Below, in pieces: positions 8,896 to 18,548 of a stretch of DNA of 64,000 nucleotides. Origin of the DNA: a virus (Duplodnaviria > Caudoviricetes); the IMG/VR virus record IMGVR_UViG_3300021254_000035, positions 2,420 through 66,419 of that record; one strand, 5' to 3'. Numbering within the stretch: position 1 is the stretch's first letter; each line of letters starts with the position of its first letter. The notes beneath the pieces were generated by a model. The model was not told the origin of the DNA. It searched no databases and saw nothing but the letters and a program-made list of their open reading frames with translations. A program made the position numbers and the translations under genes.

Positions 8896-11760
8896 TTATA
8901 GTTTGGGGAACTTTTCCTTGATGTTGAGGCTGGTTGACAGGTATTGATCGTTGGGTGACATTACGGAGAAGAGAGCTATGCGGAAATAGCGGTAGGAGAG
9001 GGAAGCCAGGTAATAGGAATGATTCTGATTGGTGCGACCGATATAGTGCCATGAACGCAGATCGTTGGAACCGAAAAGGAACATGATTGTTTTCCCTTGC
9101 TGGATCTTGTTGTGTGCAAAGTCGTTGATGAAGTACATGGAGTCGCCAAAGGACAGTGCACGGGTTAAGAGAAGCGTAGGCATCAAACCATCGATGGTAT
9201 TACCCTCCACATCATCTTCATTGTAAGGATACTTGCGATCCAGGCAGAAGACTGAGCCATCGGTGAGCTGAATGTACGGGTGAGGGTAGGAGTTGATGAC
9301 AGACAGCGTTTTCGGCATTATGGCCGTTGACCATGTGCCATCGCTGATGGAATAGATCATAACACACTGAAGATCGTCGTTCACATTGTCGGTTGTCTTT
9401 GACAAGACGATGAGACGGGAGTTTGTAAAGTCGTAGATGATTGTGGCCGTCTGGAAAAACTCAATAGGTGAAGAAGTGAAATCCATCAGTCTTCGGATGA
9501 TAGCTTTGTATGCGCTTTCTTCCTGTGTGTCGCTAGCGTTTGAGGCAAAGTACTGGAAGAGATGTGGTAATGATGCAGCGGTAATACCGCAGCCTACAGA
9601 ACCAAAAAGCATATCGGAGATAGATTCGCAGTTCTGTTCGACAATATATGACATTGCGCGGGCGGTGGCAAAGATGACCTGTTGATCTATCTGGCAGATG
9701 GAGTCGGGATTGGAGCATACTTCACGGCTTACGTTATGGATATCCTGATAAGTTCCTGTAGATGACACATCAAGGATCCATATACCATCACTAGCAAAAG
9801 CAAGGAGTCCGAACTTTCCGATTGCAGTTCCTGAAGACAAGGCACGGGTGTTGGCAGCTATACCGAAAATGGTTCCTGTGCCAACGGTATTGATGCTGTT
9901 GGGTGGGAAATAGTACGGGTTGTTGACATCGGACGTGTAGATCTTATTTGGCATGAGTACTATATCATCAACAGTGTCGGAGTATGTGTCGCTGAGCAGC
10001 GGCAGCGAACTCCTACTCCAGAGACTTTTCACTATAGCACCGTTGAGGCTGTTGTGAGGAGTCATAGGAAGCTCCATGTGCTTGTATGCGCTGTCGGTAT
10101 ATGAATATACATTGATGATCATTTTGACAGCCCTGGCATCGGGATAGAAGAGGAGAGAGCGGCACAGCATCATTATAGACACATCCACACCCGACTGGTA
10201 TTCGGCTTTTACCACCTTTCTTCCGTTATCTGTTTCGAGAACGATATAAACTGAATCGATCCTTACCTTTTCGTAATTATCCTCTTCTACATGATACGGC
10301 ATCTGTCCGTATGCAGGGAGGAATCCGCTGAAGAGTTTTTCGCTGAGTCCATAGGCATTGAGACGGCGGTTATACATATACAATCCTGAGATGGGATTGT
10401 TGTCAGCATTGAACGAGGGAAGCAGGAGGTTATGGGTTTTGTAATCATCAGTCATGCGATCCTGCGTAGTGATGCTGGCCATGGTGGTTGTGTTGACCGG
10501 CACGTTTGTAAACGTCATGCTGAGCTGATCTTCTATCTGGAATGAATGCAGGAGGAAGAATTCAGCACAATTGGCAATGTTTGAGAAATATGATTCGTCT
10601 GATATCTCAGGAATGTCGAATGTTGCAGCACCACGGAAAGTTCTGATAGAATCTTCTTCCACCAGTGCACCGTTTTGCAGGACATCATTGAATGGTGCTG
10701 GCGAAGCCGTCTCAATGATTTTCGAGCTGTCTGTGCGCAGGAACTGAGGACTGACAAAGATATCTATAGACTTGATGATATCAGACCACATTTCGAGTCC
10801 CTGCTTATCAGAGTCGCTTTCCATCCTGTAAGTGAGTTGAACAGCATGAGGATGATAGACCGCGGTGATTTTAGTGACGCGGAATGAAGAATCTCCTTCG
10901 GTTATGTTTATGTTATCACTTAGATCCAAGATTGTTGTACGTTCCTGGTTAGACGTAGCATTGATCATGTTGACAAGAAAAGGATGCGGATGCGCAACAG
11001 GCATAAAGACTGGTGCTGAGTGCATGATGATTGTCTGATTGTCGTACATGCGATATCCGTATCTTACTATGAAAGGAGCGTAGAAGAGCCCGTTCTTAGT
11101 AATCACATCGTGAGCCATGTTGACACAAGCCCATACAGCTTCAGTGATTTTAACTCTTGCCTCTTCGGTCTTTATGGCAACCTTTGTTCCTGAATGAGCA
11201 ATCTCGCAGTCGCTTACATCGACTCCAGTATTATACCATGCATTATACCATTTATCGGTGCTGTCAGCATCGTGATCTACTGTGCTTCGGTCGTATGATT
11301 CAGGCTGGATCTCGCTGAGGCCAAATGTGAGCTTGATGAATGGAGGCTTTTGACCAAGATAGACGTAGGATGATGTCTTCCACAAAGCATAGTGAATACC
11401 ATCTGTGGCCATGATGACCAGCGTGTTCCCAATACTTTCTATCTTGATGACAGATACGCCCGTCCCCAGATTCTTAATCAACCCCTGAGCAGAAGTTGTG
11501 GAGTTGTACCAATAGATCACCTGATTGGTTCCAGCTATGAAATGCCTGTAAGCCGTTGTTTGATGGACATACCACAGCTTGGCTGGGGTGTTGGAATTCG
11601 GAAGCAGTAAAGACTGTCCGATTTCCGTACCGGCAATGATGGACGGACGTACTGCGCCGTTATAGATCTCGGCATTGGCAGACATGGCCAGCGAACCCTG
11701 CGGAGCAGCCAACTCATCTGGAGTTAAGCTAAGTCCTTTGTATCGGATATTCTGATTCAT
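8896..11760 (-). CDS. Tail tubular/nozzle (stabilization) protein
   Basis: 954-aa beta-rich ORF. N-terminal Y.GLS..PDE....G.L..S.N pattern and C-terminal LFGSNDLRSW..YRYFRIAL pattern typical of P22 gp10/T7 gp12-like nozzles in Bacteroidetes phages. Confidence 0.65.
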   Translation of the reverse strand: MNQNIRYKGLSLTPDELAAPQGSLAMSANAEIYNGAVRPSIIAGTEIGQSLLLPNSNTPAKLWYVHQTTAYRHFIAGTNQVIYWYNSTTSAQGLIKNLGTGVSVIKIESIGNTLVIMATDGIHYALWKTSSYVYLGQKPPFIKLTFGLSEIQPESYDRSTVDHDADSTDKWYNAWYNTGVDVSDCEIAHSGTKVAIKTEEARVKITEAVWACVNMAHDVITKNGLFYAPFIVRYGYRMYDNQTIIMHSAPVFMPVAHPHPFLVNMINATSNQERTTILDLSDNINITEGDSSFRVTKITAVYHPHAVQLTYRMESDSDKQGLEMWSDIIKSIDIFVSPQFLRTDSSKIIETASPAPFNDVLQNGALVEEDSIRTFRGAATFDIPEISDESYFSNIANCAEFFLLHSFQIEDQLSMTFTNVPVNTTTMASITTQDRMTDDYKTHNLLLPSFNADNNPISGLYMYNRRLNAYGLSEKLFSGFLPAYGQMPYHVEEDNYEKVRIDSVYIVLETDNGRKVVKAEYQSGVDVSIMMLCRSLLFYPDARAVKMIINVYSYTDSAYKHMELPMTPHNSLNGAIVKSLWSRSSLPLLSDTYSDTVDDIVLMPNKIYTSDVNNPYYFPPNSINTVGTGTIFGIAANTRALSSGTAIGKFGLLAFASDGIWILDVSSTGTYQDIHNVSREVCSNPDSICQIDQQVIFATARAMSYIVEQNCESISDMLFGSVGCGITAASLPHLFQYFASNASDTQEESAYKAIIRRLMDFTSSPIEFFQTATIIYDFTNSRLIVLSKTTDNVNDDLQCVMIYSISDGTWSTAIMPKTLSVINSYPHPYIQLTDGSVFCLDRKYPYNEDDVEGNTIDGLMPTLLLTRALSFGDSMYFINDFAHNKIQQGKTIMFLFGSNDLRSWHYIGRTNQNHSYYLASLSYRYFRIALFSVMSPNDQYLSTSLNIKEKFPKL

Positions 11761-11775
11761 ACGATAAAGTATTAA

Positions 11776-11797
11776 AGGCAGCGACGAAACGCTGCCT
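11776..11797 (-). terminator. Hairpin between the early operon and the nozzle gene
   Basis: AGGCAGCG/CGCTGCCT 8-bp stem, 6-nt loop, weak U-tract on the minus strand. Confidence 0.5.
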
Positions 11798-11805
11798 GTT
11801 GTTAA

Positions 11806-12564
11806 TTATTCGATATTCTTTTTATCGAGCCAGAAGCGGAAGTAGTCGTTTTCTGCATTCTTATAGCGCACCTGTATGAATTCGTGCGTGACGTACATCT
11901 TCATGCGCTGGGTGAGAGGATCGATATGATAGTCGTAGAAGAGGGAGCCAGGTTGTACGCGACCGTCAAAACTGATTTCGTACCAATACCTACGGAAGAG
12001 CCAGAAAGGACGTTTGCGGACATGCTGGACGGTGGTTCCTGTAAGCATCTCAGGCGAGCACGGTGCAATAGACCAGGAGCCATCAATCCAGAGCCATTCG
12101 AATTCACCATCTTCGTTCTGGATCTTTCGTTCGTTCTTGGTAATCTTGGTGATGACACACATATTGGATGTGATAGCCATTGCTATGGAGCCATGGCAGA
12201 GAATTTTATGCACGCCTGGCTTGTCGGGTAGCAGCTCACGTTCCTTGCCGTCTTTATTGAGGATGATTACCGATGTGATCTTTCCCTTACGGAGAGCTTC
12301 GATCTTGAACGGTAGGTCTATCTTCTGTTTGAGACGGGAGATGTATTTCTTCACGTCACGGACATGATCGGCATGAAACACCTTCTGGGGCTGTTTGTCA
12401 GTAGCCGCGGAACGGCCACCTGCTGAAACGTTCTCAGTTTCTTGTTTCTCTGCATCCTGCTTCTGCTGCATGATGCGCTTGTGTGACTGACGAGCCTCGC
12501 GGTTAGATCTCTTGCGGGCATTGCGAGGCCGTTCGGGTGAGTTATGATCGATTTTCTTAGTCAT
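11806..12564 (-). CDS. Hypothetical protein
   Basis: Long ORF; ATG 12564 preferred because it abuts the upstream stop. Confidence 0.55.
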   Translation of the reverse strand: MTKKIDHNSPERPRNARKRSNREARQSHKRIMQQKQDAEKQETENVSAGGRSAATDKQPQKVFHADHVRDVKKYISRLKQKIDLPFKIEALRKGKITSVIILNKDGKERELLPDKPGVHKILCHGSIAMAITSNMCVITKITKNERKIQNEDGEFEWLWIDGSWSIAPCSPEMLTGTTVQHVRKRPFWLFRRYWYEISFDGRVQPGSLFYDYHIDPLTQRMKMYVTHEFIQVRYKNAENDYFRFWLDKKNIE

Positions 12565-13000
12565 ATTGTCTATCTTTAATGAGTTTGTAATGATGTGTGA
12601 AGCACTGATCTTTTGTACGGTCATTGTGATCAAAGAACTTTATACATGGGAGTCCCAGTTCTTTCAGGGCACATCCTGAGCAGACATAGTAGGACAGTAT
12701 TTCTTCCAGCTCTCTTTTTTCATTAAGTTTTCCGATCCTGTTAGCTTGATCGTAAGAGAGATTGAGCAGATAATTGTCGTTCGAGTTGGTTGTGTTGCTC
12801 CTGATTTCCTGAAGCGTCTTTTTGTCTTTGCTTACCAATTTCACCCATCGGCCATAGTAATAGTAGATTCTTCCAGCAACAGGATGCTGTTCCTGCTGGA
12901 GATCGGGCAGTGGAATCTTGAAGCGGCAGATAGCCCAGATGGTTAATCTGTCTTTGATCTGCTGCATGTACTGTTTGATTGATTTCATTTTCATATACAA
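12557..13000 (-). CDS. Hypothetical protein
   Basis: ORF co-oriented in the early operon; CxxC near the C-terminus. Confidence 0.55.
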   Translation of the reverse strand: MYMKMKSIKQYMQQIKDRLTIWAICRFKIPLPDLQQEQHPVAGRIYYYYGRWVKLVSKDKKTLQEIRSNTTNSNDNYLLNLSYDQANRIGKLNEKRELEEILSYYVCSGCALKELGLPCIKFFDHNDRTKDQCFTHHYKLIKDRQYD

Positions 13001-13038
13001 AAATACCTTATTATATAATACACAAAATGTTTATTTTC

Positions 13039-13968
13039 CTATTTGAAGCAGTTTACGAAGGTGTTGCTGAAATTGCGATCGTCGTTAAGAGGGTTGTGAA
13101 TTTTCTTTTCTTCGAGGACTTCAGGGTTCAGGGCTATTGCCTGATCACCGATGTCACGTATTCGGTCGAGGTTTATGCAGTGGCGTTCTATCACCTGAAA
13201 GGCAAGGCGCACTTGTGGTTCATCATCGATGTTGATGGGCTTTCGGGACTTGCACAAAGTATCTACCACTTCCAGCCATGGTGAGAGGACGTATTGCAGG
13301 CGTGCATCATGGAAGAGATATGCCATATCTGTATGCCAGCCGTCGAGGATCTTACGAAAGAATGTATCGTGCATGTTGACGGCATAGCGCAACAGGGCAT
13401 GTGATGTGACAAGCCGAGCTTTGATTTCCTTCTGGGATTCTTGGTAGCGCGTGAGAACCTGCAGGACGGTGAGATAGAAGATGTTCAGATCGTGACGCAG
13501 GGATTCGTAGTGTTCGTCTGAATAGTCGAGCCAGTATTGGGTACGGTCGCCGTTCATGTTACCGGCCATAGTGCGACACACAGCATCATCGTACAGATCG
13601 ATGCGCTGCATGGCCACCTTAGCATTCATCTTTACCTTCTGGCGAAAGAGCTTCTTATCCTTGCACAGCAGATCGTAGGCGGTCTTTGTTTCCATGATGG
13701 CTATGTTGTTGATCGGCGCAATGACACTCCAATACATTGCAGAGAAATGATCCTGAAGGCTGGCGGTTTTCCTGGCTGAGTTGTATAGGGATTCAACTGT
13801 GCCTGTCATACCTTCTTTGCGTTTTTGCATGACAGAATGCACGTTGCTGGATATAGCTGCATGCTGTTCAGCTCTGAGTTGCTGATCTAGCGGTAAGGAT
13901 GCGTTTTGAACTACCTTTGGCAGATTACCTAGGCCGTGGAGTAGGGGATGAGTGTTATGTTGAATCAT
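13039..13968 (-). CDS. Hypothetical helical protein
   Basis: About 309-aa ORF; ATG 13968 lies just after the upstream stop. Confidence 0.6.
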   Translation of the reverse strand: MIQHNTHPLLHGLGNLPKVVQNASLPLDQQLRAEQHAAISSNVHSVMQKRKEGMTGTVESLYNSARKTASLQDHFSAMYWSVIAPINNIAIMETKTAYDLLCKDKKLFRQKVKMNAKVAMQRIDLYDDAVCRTMAGNMNGDRTQYWLDYSDEHYESLRHDLNIFYLTVLQVLTRYQESQKEIKARLVTSHALLRYAVNMHDTFFRKILDGWHTDMAYLFHDARLQYVLSPWLEVVDTLCKSRKPINIDDEPQVRLAFQVIERHCINLDRIRDIGDQAIALNPEVLEEKKIHNPLNDDRNFSNTFVNCFK

Positions 13969-13973
13969 ATTTG

Positions 13974-14465
13974 TTAATATCTGAATTTTGTGAAATGAAT
14001 GATTGCCATGGGCTTTGACAGGTCGTAATTTCGGAACCATGAGATCCAGTCATCAAGAGAAAGACCGTCGTTTCTTGCAAGTACATCAAAAGTCACATGT
14101 CCTCCAGGTAAATATCCAGTCCATCTCTCTTGTGATCCACATCGTTCTCGTACAAGTTCAAGTTTCTGTATGCCTATACCGTCTTCGCGGGTGAGCCGTA
14201 CGATTTCTCGCTGTGTGGATCCCTTGGCATAAGGCGTGCCAACCCACTGACGAATGGAGAGGCAGGCTTCGCCAGCTGCAATCTTCTCGAAGCGTTTAGC
14301 CCAGAAGTCGTAATTAGCACGAATGGTGTGGATCTTCGGGCTGAAGTTGCTACTGTTCTTCAGTGTGGTTGCAGCAAGCACAGCATCTTCGAAGAAGGTT
14401 GGCAATGGAAATTTGTTGTGCCCCTTCGGGAATACTTTCGAAAGTGTTAGATAATATGTTATCAT
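13974..14465 (-). CDS. Hypothetical protein, possibly ASCH/PUA-like
   Basis: KIHTIR...LSIRQWVG.PY...Q and LARNDGLSLDDWISWF motifs. Confidence 0.5.
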   Translation of the reverse strand: MITYYLTLSKVFPKGHNKFPLPTFFEDAVLAATTLKNSSNFSPKIHTIRANYDFWAKRFEKIAAGEACLSIRQWVGTPYAKGSTQREIVRLTREDGIGIQKLELVRERCGSQERWTGYLPGGHVTFDVLARNDGLSLDDWISWFRNYDLSKPMAIIHFTKFRY

Positions 14466-14785
14466 TGCTTTGCATCCTCCTGTAACTTATTAAGTTCTCT
14501 TTTCAACTGCTTAATGTGATTTTTCAAAACCCTAATGGCTGATGGGTAACTGATATTATATACTCTCGATCCTCTTTCTTTATCGAAAGAACCACCCTCG
14601 AAATATGGAATATTGATCGTGATGCTTCCATGTGGGTGATATGAATTGTCACGAAGAATATCATGTGATGTTCCCTTTTCTTTTTCCATCATCTCTTTCA
14701 TGTCACTAATCAACTTCTCTACTGTCTCTATCTGTGAATAGTGATTGTAGATTTCTCTTGCTATTTCTTTTGTAATCATAATCAT
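14462..14785 (-). CDS. Hypothetical protein
   Basis: ORF with 4-nt overlap coupling; AT-rich. Confidence 0.55.
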   Translation of the reverse strand: MIMITKEIAREIYNHYSQIETVEKLISDMKEMMEKEKGTSHDILRDNSYHPHGSITINIPYFEGGSFDKERGSRVYNISYPSAIRVLKNHIKQLKRELNKLQEDAKQ

Positions 14786-15172
14786 TTATCGTTTTAATAA
14801 ATAAGTACCGTCTTCTAACTCATCTCCTATATAATCTGTAATAAGAGCATTAAAGGAATCAATAGTACAAACCTGTTTAGCAATATCCAAAGAAAACTTT
14901 GTACCTCCAGCATTGTTCCAAGTATGTATAGCTACTATATAATCATGATTAACACAACCTATATTACAAGGAAATACCTCTACCATAGAATCCTCTTCCA
15001 TATCATGACAAATATAGAGATGTTTTCTATAGACAGGTAGTTTATTCAATTTAGCTATATTACAACCATAGTAATGGAAATTTGAAGAATTAATCTTTTC
15101 ATAGCCATTATCTTCCCAAAAGTTAGGGCTTTCTTTTAGTATCCATCCGAAGAAAGGATTATTTTGTTTCAT
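14786..15172 (-). CDS. Hypothetical protein
   Basis: AT-rich ORF abutting the next gene. Confidence 0.55.
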   Translation of the reverse strand: MKQNNPFFGWILKESPNFWEDNGYEKINSSNFHYYGCNIAKLNKLPVYRKHLYICHDMEEDSMVEVFPCNIGCVNHDYIVAIHTWNNAGGTKFSLDIAKQVCTIDSFNALITDYIGDELEDGTYLLKR

Positions 15173-15188
15173 AACTCAATCTCCTAAA

Positions 15189-15509
15189 TTAGTTTTCCTT
15201 TCTATTTATATTAAACTCCACAGCCCACTGGTTTTCAATTCTAGCACCACGGCTTGCTTGCCATCCGTTGAGGCTGTATATGAGATCACAGCGGGATAGA
15301 AGCCAGAGATCGTAGAGTAATGTTAGCTTGTAACCAATGATCTTGTAAAGCCACGGGAAGCGACAAGTCCATACACGGGTAGGATTAACAACCCTGTATC
15401 CTCTCGCTTTAAGCATGTCCTCAGCCAGGGCAAACGACTCCATGTATTTTTCCCTTGCTATGCCGGTCATCTGACCGCTGATGTAAACTTTCTGCTTTTT
15501 CATGGGCAT
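15189..15509 (-). CDS. DUF4406 family protein (nucleoside 2-deoxyribosyltransferase-like fold)
   Basis: KVYISGQMTG...VVNP...LSRCDLIYSLNGWQASRGARIE. Confidence 0.8.
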   Translation of the reverse strand: MPMKKQKVYISGQMTGIAREKYMESFALAEDMLKARGYRVVNPTRVWTCRFPWLYKIIGYKLTLLYDLWLLSRCDLIYSLNGWQASRGARIENQWAVEFNINRKEN

Positions 15510-15513
15510 ATTA

Positions 15514-16128
15514 TTAGTAAGCTTTGAACAGATCCCGAACATGGAGAACGTTCCAGATGAGCTGATCTACATCGGATAGAGCTTCATGAGGATTCCAGTT
15601 GGGATTCTTCGGGATGAGGCTGTAGGGATCTTCTACATCGGGACGGATGAGGCCGAGGGTTGTATGAATGAATGTCCTGGCATCTCTCAGTTCGTGATGG
15701 GACCAAGGTGCTTTCCACCCAAGACACTTGTGATAAGCATGTTTGAGAATAGGAATATCAAAGTCAGTTCCCTGGCACCAGATGAGGATCTTGTTGTTAG
15801 GTGACGTCGCACGGACCTGATCAATAAACTTAGTGAGGCTATCCAAGGCCTTGCAGATTGGTATGCTCAGGCCTGACATTAATTCATATGGAGCCTTGGC
15901 ATCATCCGATTGTTGCTCCCACCAACGTACGGTGTCCATGTCGAAGTGCATGCCTTCCATGGCACAGGATGCTGCATTAACCAGACAGGAGAACTTAGAA
16001 TCTTCATCCTTTTGTGCTCCACCTGAGAACGTGAATACTCTTGCAGCGATACTGATGATAGCTGCTGTAGGTTGCGTTGACAGCGTTTCGATGTCAAGCG
16101 CAATGTTAGGTATTTCGGTTTTGTTCAT
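15514..16128 (-). CDS. 3'-5' exonuclease (DEDD, exonuclease VIII/Rv2179c-like)
   Basis: LDIETLST..AAIISIAA, WCQGTDFDIPIL, RDART and H.ALSD motifs. Confidence 0.85.
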   Translation of the reverse strand: MNKTEIPNIALDIETLSTQPTAAIISIAARVFTFSGGAQKDEDSKFSCLVNAASCAMEGMHFDMDTVRWWEQQSDDAKAPYELMSGLSIPICKALDSLTKFIDQVRATSPNNKILIWCQGTDFDIPILKHAYHKCLGWKAPWSHHELRDARTFIHTTLGLIRPDVEDPYSLIPKNPNWNPHEALSDVDQLIWNVLHVRDLFKAY

Positions 16129-16149
16129 ATTATGATGTTTTGTTATTAC

Positions 16150-16269
16150 TTAATTGTCTGCGTACCTAAACAGGAATCCGCAGTACGGACACCTATACAT
16201 CTCGCCTTCTTCGTCCAATGCCTTGGCAATGTCGAGTTTGACTTCGTTGTTACATTTCACGCACTTCAT
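16150..16269 (-). CDS. 39-aa zinc-ribbon protein (absent from the ORF track)
   Basis: Hand-translated: MKCVKCNNEVKLDIAKALDEEGEMYRCPYCGFLFRYADN; two CxxC pairs. Confidence 0.7.
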   Translation of the reverse strand: MKCVKCNNEVKLDIAKALDEEGEMYRCPYCGFLFRYADN

Positions 16270-16306
16270 ATCTTACCCTCCTTTCATATTCAGTATCTTT
16301 GCCATA

Positions 16307-16627
16307 CTATAATGATTTTAACAATTCTTCTTTTGTGTGAAAAATTTCAGATGCCACTTTGTGACTAAAAGTGCCAATTCCATAGTAAGTGTCATTGTCA
16401 TTCAATTTAAGAACTCTGTAGGAAACAAACTTTTCGTACATATGTTCATCAAAATAAGACTTTAACTTTCTGACGATGTTCTTACATTTTTCAGACCAAG
16501 AAAGATTAGCCTCTTCCTTAAATACAACATCAACTTCATAGACAATACCTCTTGTCGGTTTATTTTCATACATAAACCACACTACATCTTCTACACTAAA
16601 CTTTGTTTCAAATGCTTCTATTATCAT
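16307..16627 (-). CDS. Hypothetical protein
   Basis: ETKFSVEDVVWFM...EIFHTKEELLKSL, a common small phage protein pattern. Confidence 0.6.
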   Translation of the reverse strand: MIIEAFETKFSVEDVVWFMYENKPTRGIVYEVDVVFKEEANLSWSEKCKNIVRKLKSYFDEHMYEKFVSYRVLKLNDNDTYYGIGTFSHKVASEIFHTKEELLKSL

Positions 16628-16629
16628 AA

Positions 16630-18324
16630 CTACTTCTCCTTTAGTTTCTTCAACTGTTCCAATACACTAAATAGTGTTGCTTGAAAGTCCTTTGGGTTAA
16701 TCTTTCCATTAAAGACCTCTTCAAGAATCGTAATATCTGTTTCACTCGGCTTCCAAGTGCTCTGAGGAGCTACCCTGTTTTTAAGTGATTCTAACCAATC
16801 CCATTTCTTTCGGCAATCCCTCTTTAAGTCAGATACTATATCTTGATGGCCATACTTGTCATTACATAATTCCTTATGCTCCTCTTCACAACAACGTATA
16901 AGCCAGTCTATCATATTAATATCCTCTTCACTCCACTCTTGTTTAGGTTGTGGCTGTACCCTATCTTGAAGGGATTTGAGCCAATCAATACCACATTTAC
17001 AATCTTCCGCATAACACGTTTCTTTGAATGTTGACAACCATCCTTCAAGAAGACCAACAACTCGTTTTCTTTCCCTCTCATCATCTTCACTCCACTCCTG
17101 TTTTGGTTGTATTCTGTCCTTGATGGATTTAAGCCAACGCATTTGTAACTCTACTCGATAATTTGGCATCTGAAGCTGATATTTCTTTAAGTTCTTAACT
17201 ATATCCTCTACCATATCTGAATCCTCCTCACTCCACTTTTGCTTTGGTTGAGGTATGAGGGATTTAAGCCAGGTAATCCATGCACTAATATTCTTATACT
17301 TAGGGTCGTTGGAGTATTTCTCGGCTCTGTTTTTGCAAAAGTCAAGAAGTTCTTTCCTCACCTTCTCATCCTCATATGTTAAAGAATTGCCGTTTTCTTC
17401 ACATGTTTTATTTTCATGTTGAGAAATAGTAGATTCTTTAACTTCAGCTTGCTTTTCAAGATGCTTAATAAGGTGTTTATCACATGAAATATCAACACCG
17501 TTATCTCTTGCACACATACCCCAAATATGCCCATTGTATTCAAATGAAATTCCATTATAAGGATCTGGGTGCTTCTCTCCCTGCCTTTCAAGCCAAGCAA
17601 TATTTTTATCAATATCTGCTTTGCCATATTGATTATAGGTGTCAAGACTTCTTGCATATTCAAGTACCTGTATTGTGCTTCTGCGTCTTACATCATCTTC
17701 TTTACTTGTATTTGTAGGAAACATATTCTCATAACTTGAACCATTAAAAAATTCTCGTTTTAAGTCTTGGTAAAGACGAGTAATAACGTCTTCTTTGTGT
17801 TCATCATATTGGTTTGTAATATATGCTAAACAATATAAAACATCCATTTCTTCCTTAGATGGTTTCCAACTTGTTTCTTTACTTTGTTTTCCAAGCCAAG
17901 CAAGCCATTTGTTTCCTACTATTTCGTCCTCAACCTCCATTCGGATAAATCGAATAATTTCTTTCCTTGTCTTCTCATCCTCGGACTCAATAGTGTCGTT
18001 ATATCCTTTTGTTGTACCGCCACTGAATACTGACTGAATAGCTTTGATACATTCTCCGTGTTTTATACAAAGTATCTTCTCGACGCTTTCTTTAATTCGT
18101 AAAAGCGAACCTTTACAGGTAGAAACAAGAGCGTAACCACTAATAATTCCACCACTGTAATTAAGATGCTGTATGGAAGCATTCCTTGTGTCATAACTGC
18201 ACCTGCCACCATTGTACATGAAGATATAAAATTTGCATTCATCTTCCTCAATAATCTCGTGTTCACCCATCTCATTTGTCAAGAGATTGTAAGTGTAAAT
18301 ATACTTTTTCTCTTTCATAAACAC
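16630..18324 (-). CDS. Repeat-array protein with EWSEED...WL(K/E)S(L/I) modules
   Basis: At least seven modules bounded by (W)SEED/EDE..R and W..WL..Q/WLKSL, plus two WKPS elements; AT-rich. Confidence 0.7.
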   Translation of the reverse strand: MFMKEKKYIYTYNLLTNEMGEHEIIEEDECKFYIFMYNGGRCSYDTRNASIQHLNYSGGIISGYALVSTCKGSLLRIKESVEKILCIKHGECIKAIQSVFSGGTTKGYNDTIESEDEKTRKEIIRFIRMEVEDEIVGNKWLAWLGKQSKETSWKPSKEEMDVLYCLAYITNQYDEHKEDVITRLYQDLKREFFNGSSYENMFPTNTSKEDDVRRRSTIQVLEYARSLDTYNQYGKADIDKNIAWLERQGEKHPDPYNGISFEYNGHIWGMCARDNGVDISCDKHLIKHLEKQAEVKESTISQHENKTCEENGNSLTYEDEKVRKELLDFCKNRAEKYSNDPKYKNISAWITWLKSLIPQPKQKWSEEDSDMVEDIVKNLKKYQLQMPNYRVELQMRWLKSIKDRIQPKQEWSEDDERERKRVVGLLEGWLSTFKETCYAEDCKCGIDWLKSLQDRVQPQPKQEWSEEDINMIDWLIRCCEEEHKELCNDKYGHQDIVSDLKRDCRKKWDWLESLKNRVAPQSTWKPSETDITILEEVFNGKINPKDFQATLFSVLEQLKKLKEK

Positions 18325-18340
18325 TAAATATTATTGTTCG

Positions 18341-18517
18341 TTAAATAGGTTGTTCTCCCTTGGAATTGATTACCTGACTCACACGGCTGATCTCATCATC
18401 AATGATCTTCTCCAGAGTCTTCGCTTGCTGTAGTGCAGTCTGGGATCGAGTCTTGAAATAGTTCTTCTGCGCCTGGCGCAGCTGAACAACGGTATCGTAG
18501 AATTGCTTTGGTGTCAT
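18341..18517 (-). CDS. 58-aa hypothetical protein (absent from the ORF track)
   Basis: Hand-translated: MTPKQFYDTVVQLRQAQKNYFKTRSQTALQQAKTLEKIIDDEISRVSQVINSKGEQPI. Confidence 0.65.
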   Translation of the reverse strand: MTPKQFYDTVVQLRQAQKNYFKTRSQTALQQAKTLEKIIDDEISRVSQVINSKGEQPI

Positions 18518-18548
18518 ACTGCTTTTCTTTTAAGTGTATTAATTCTTA

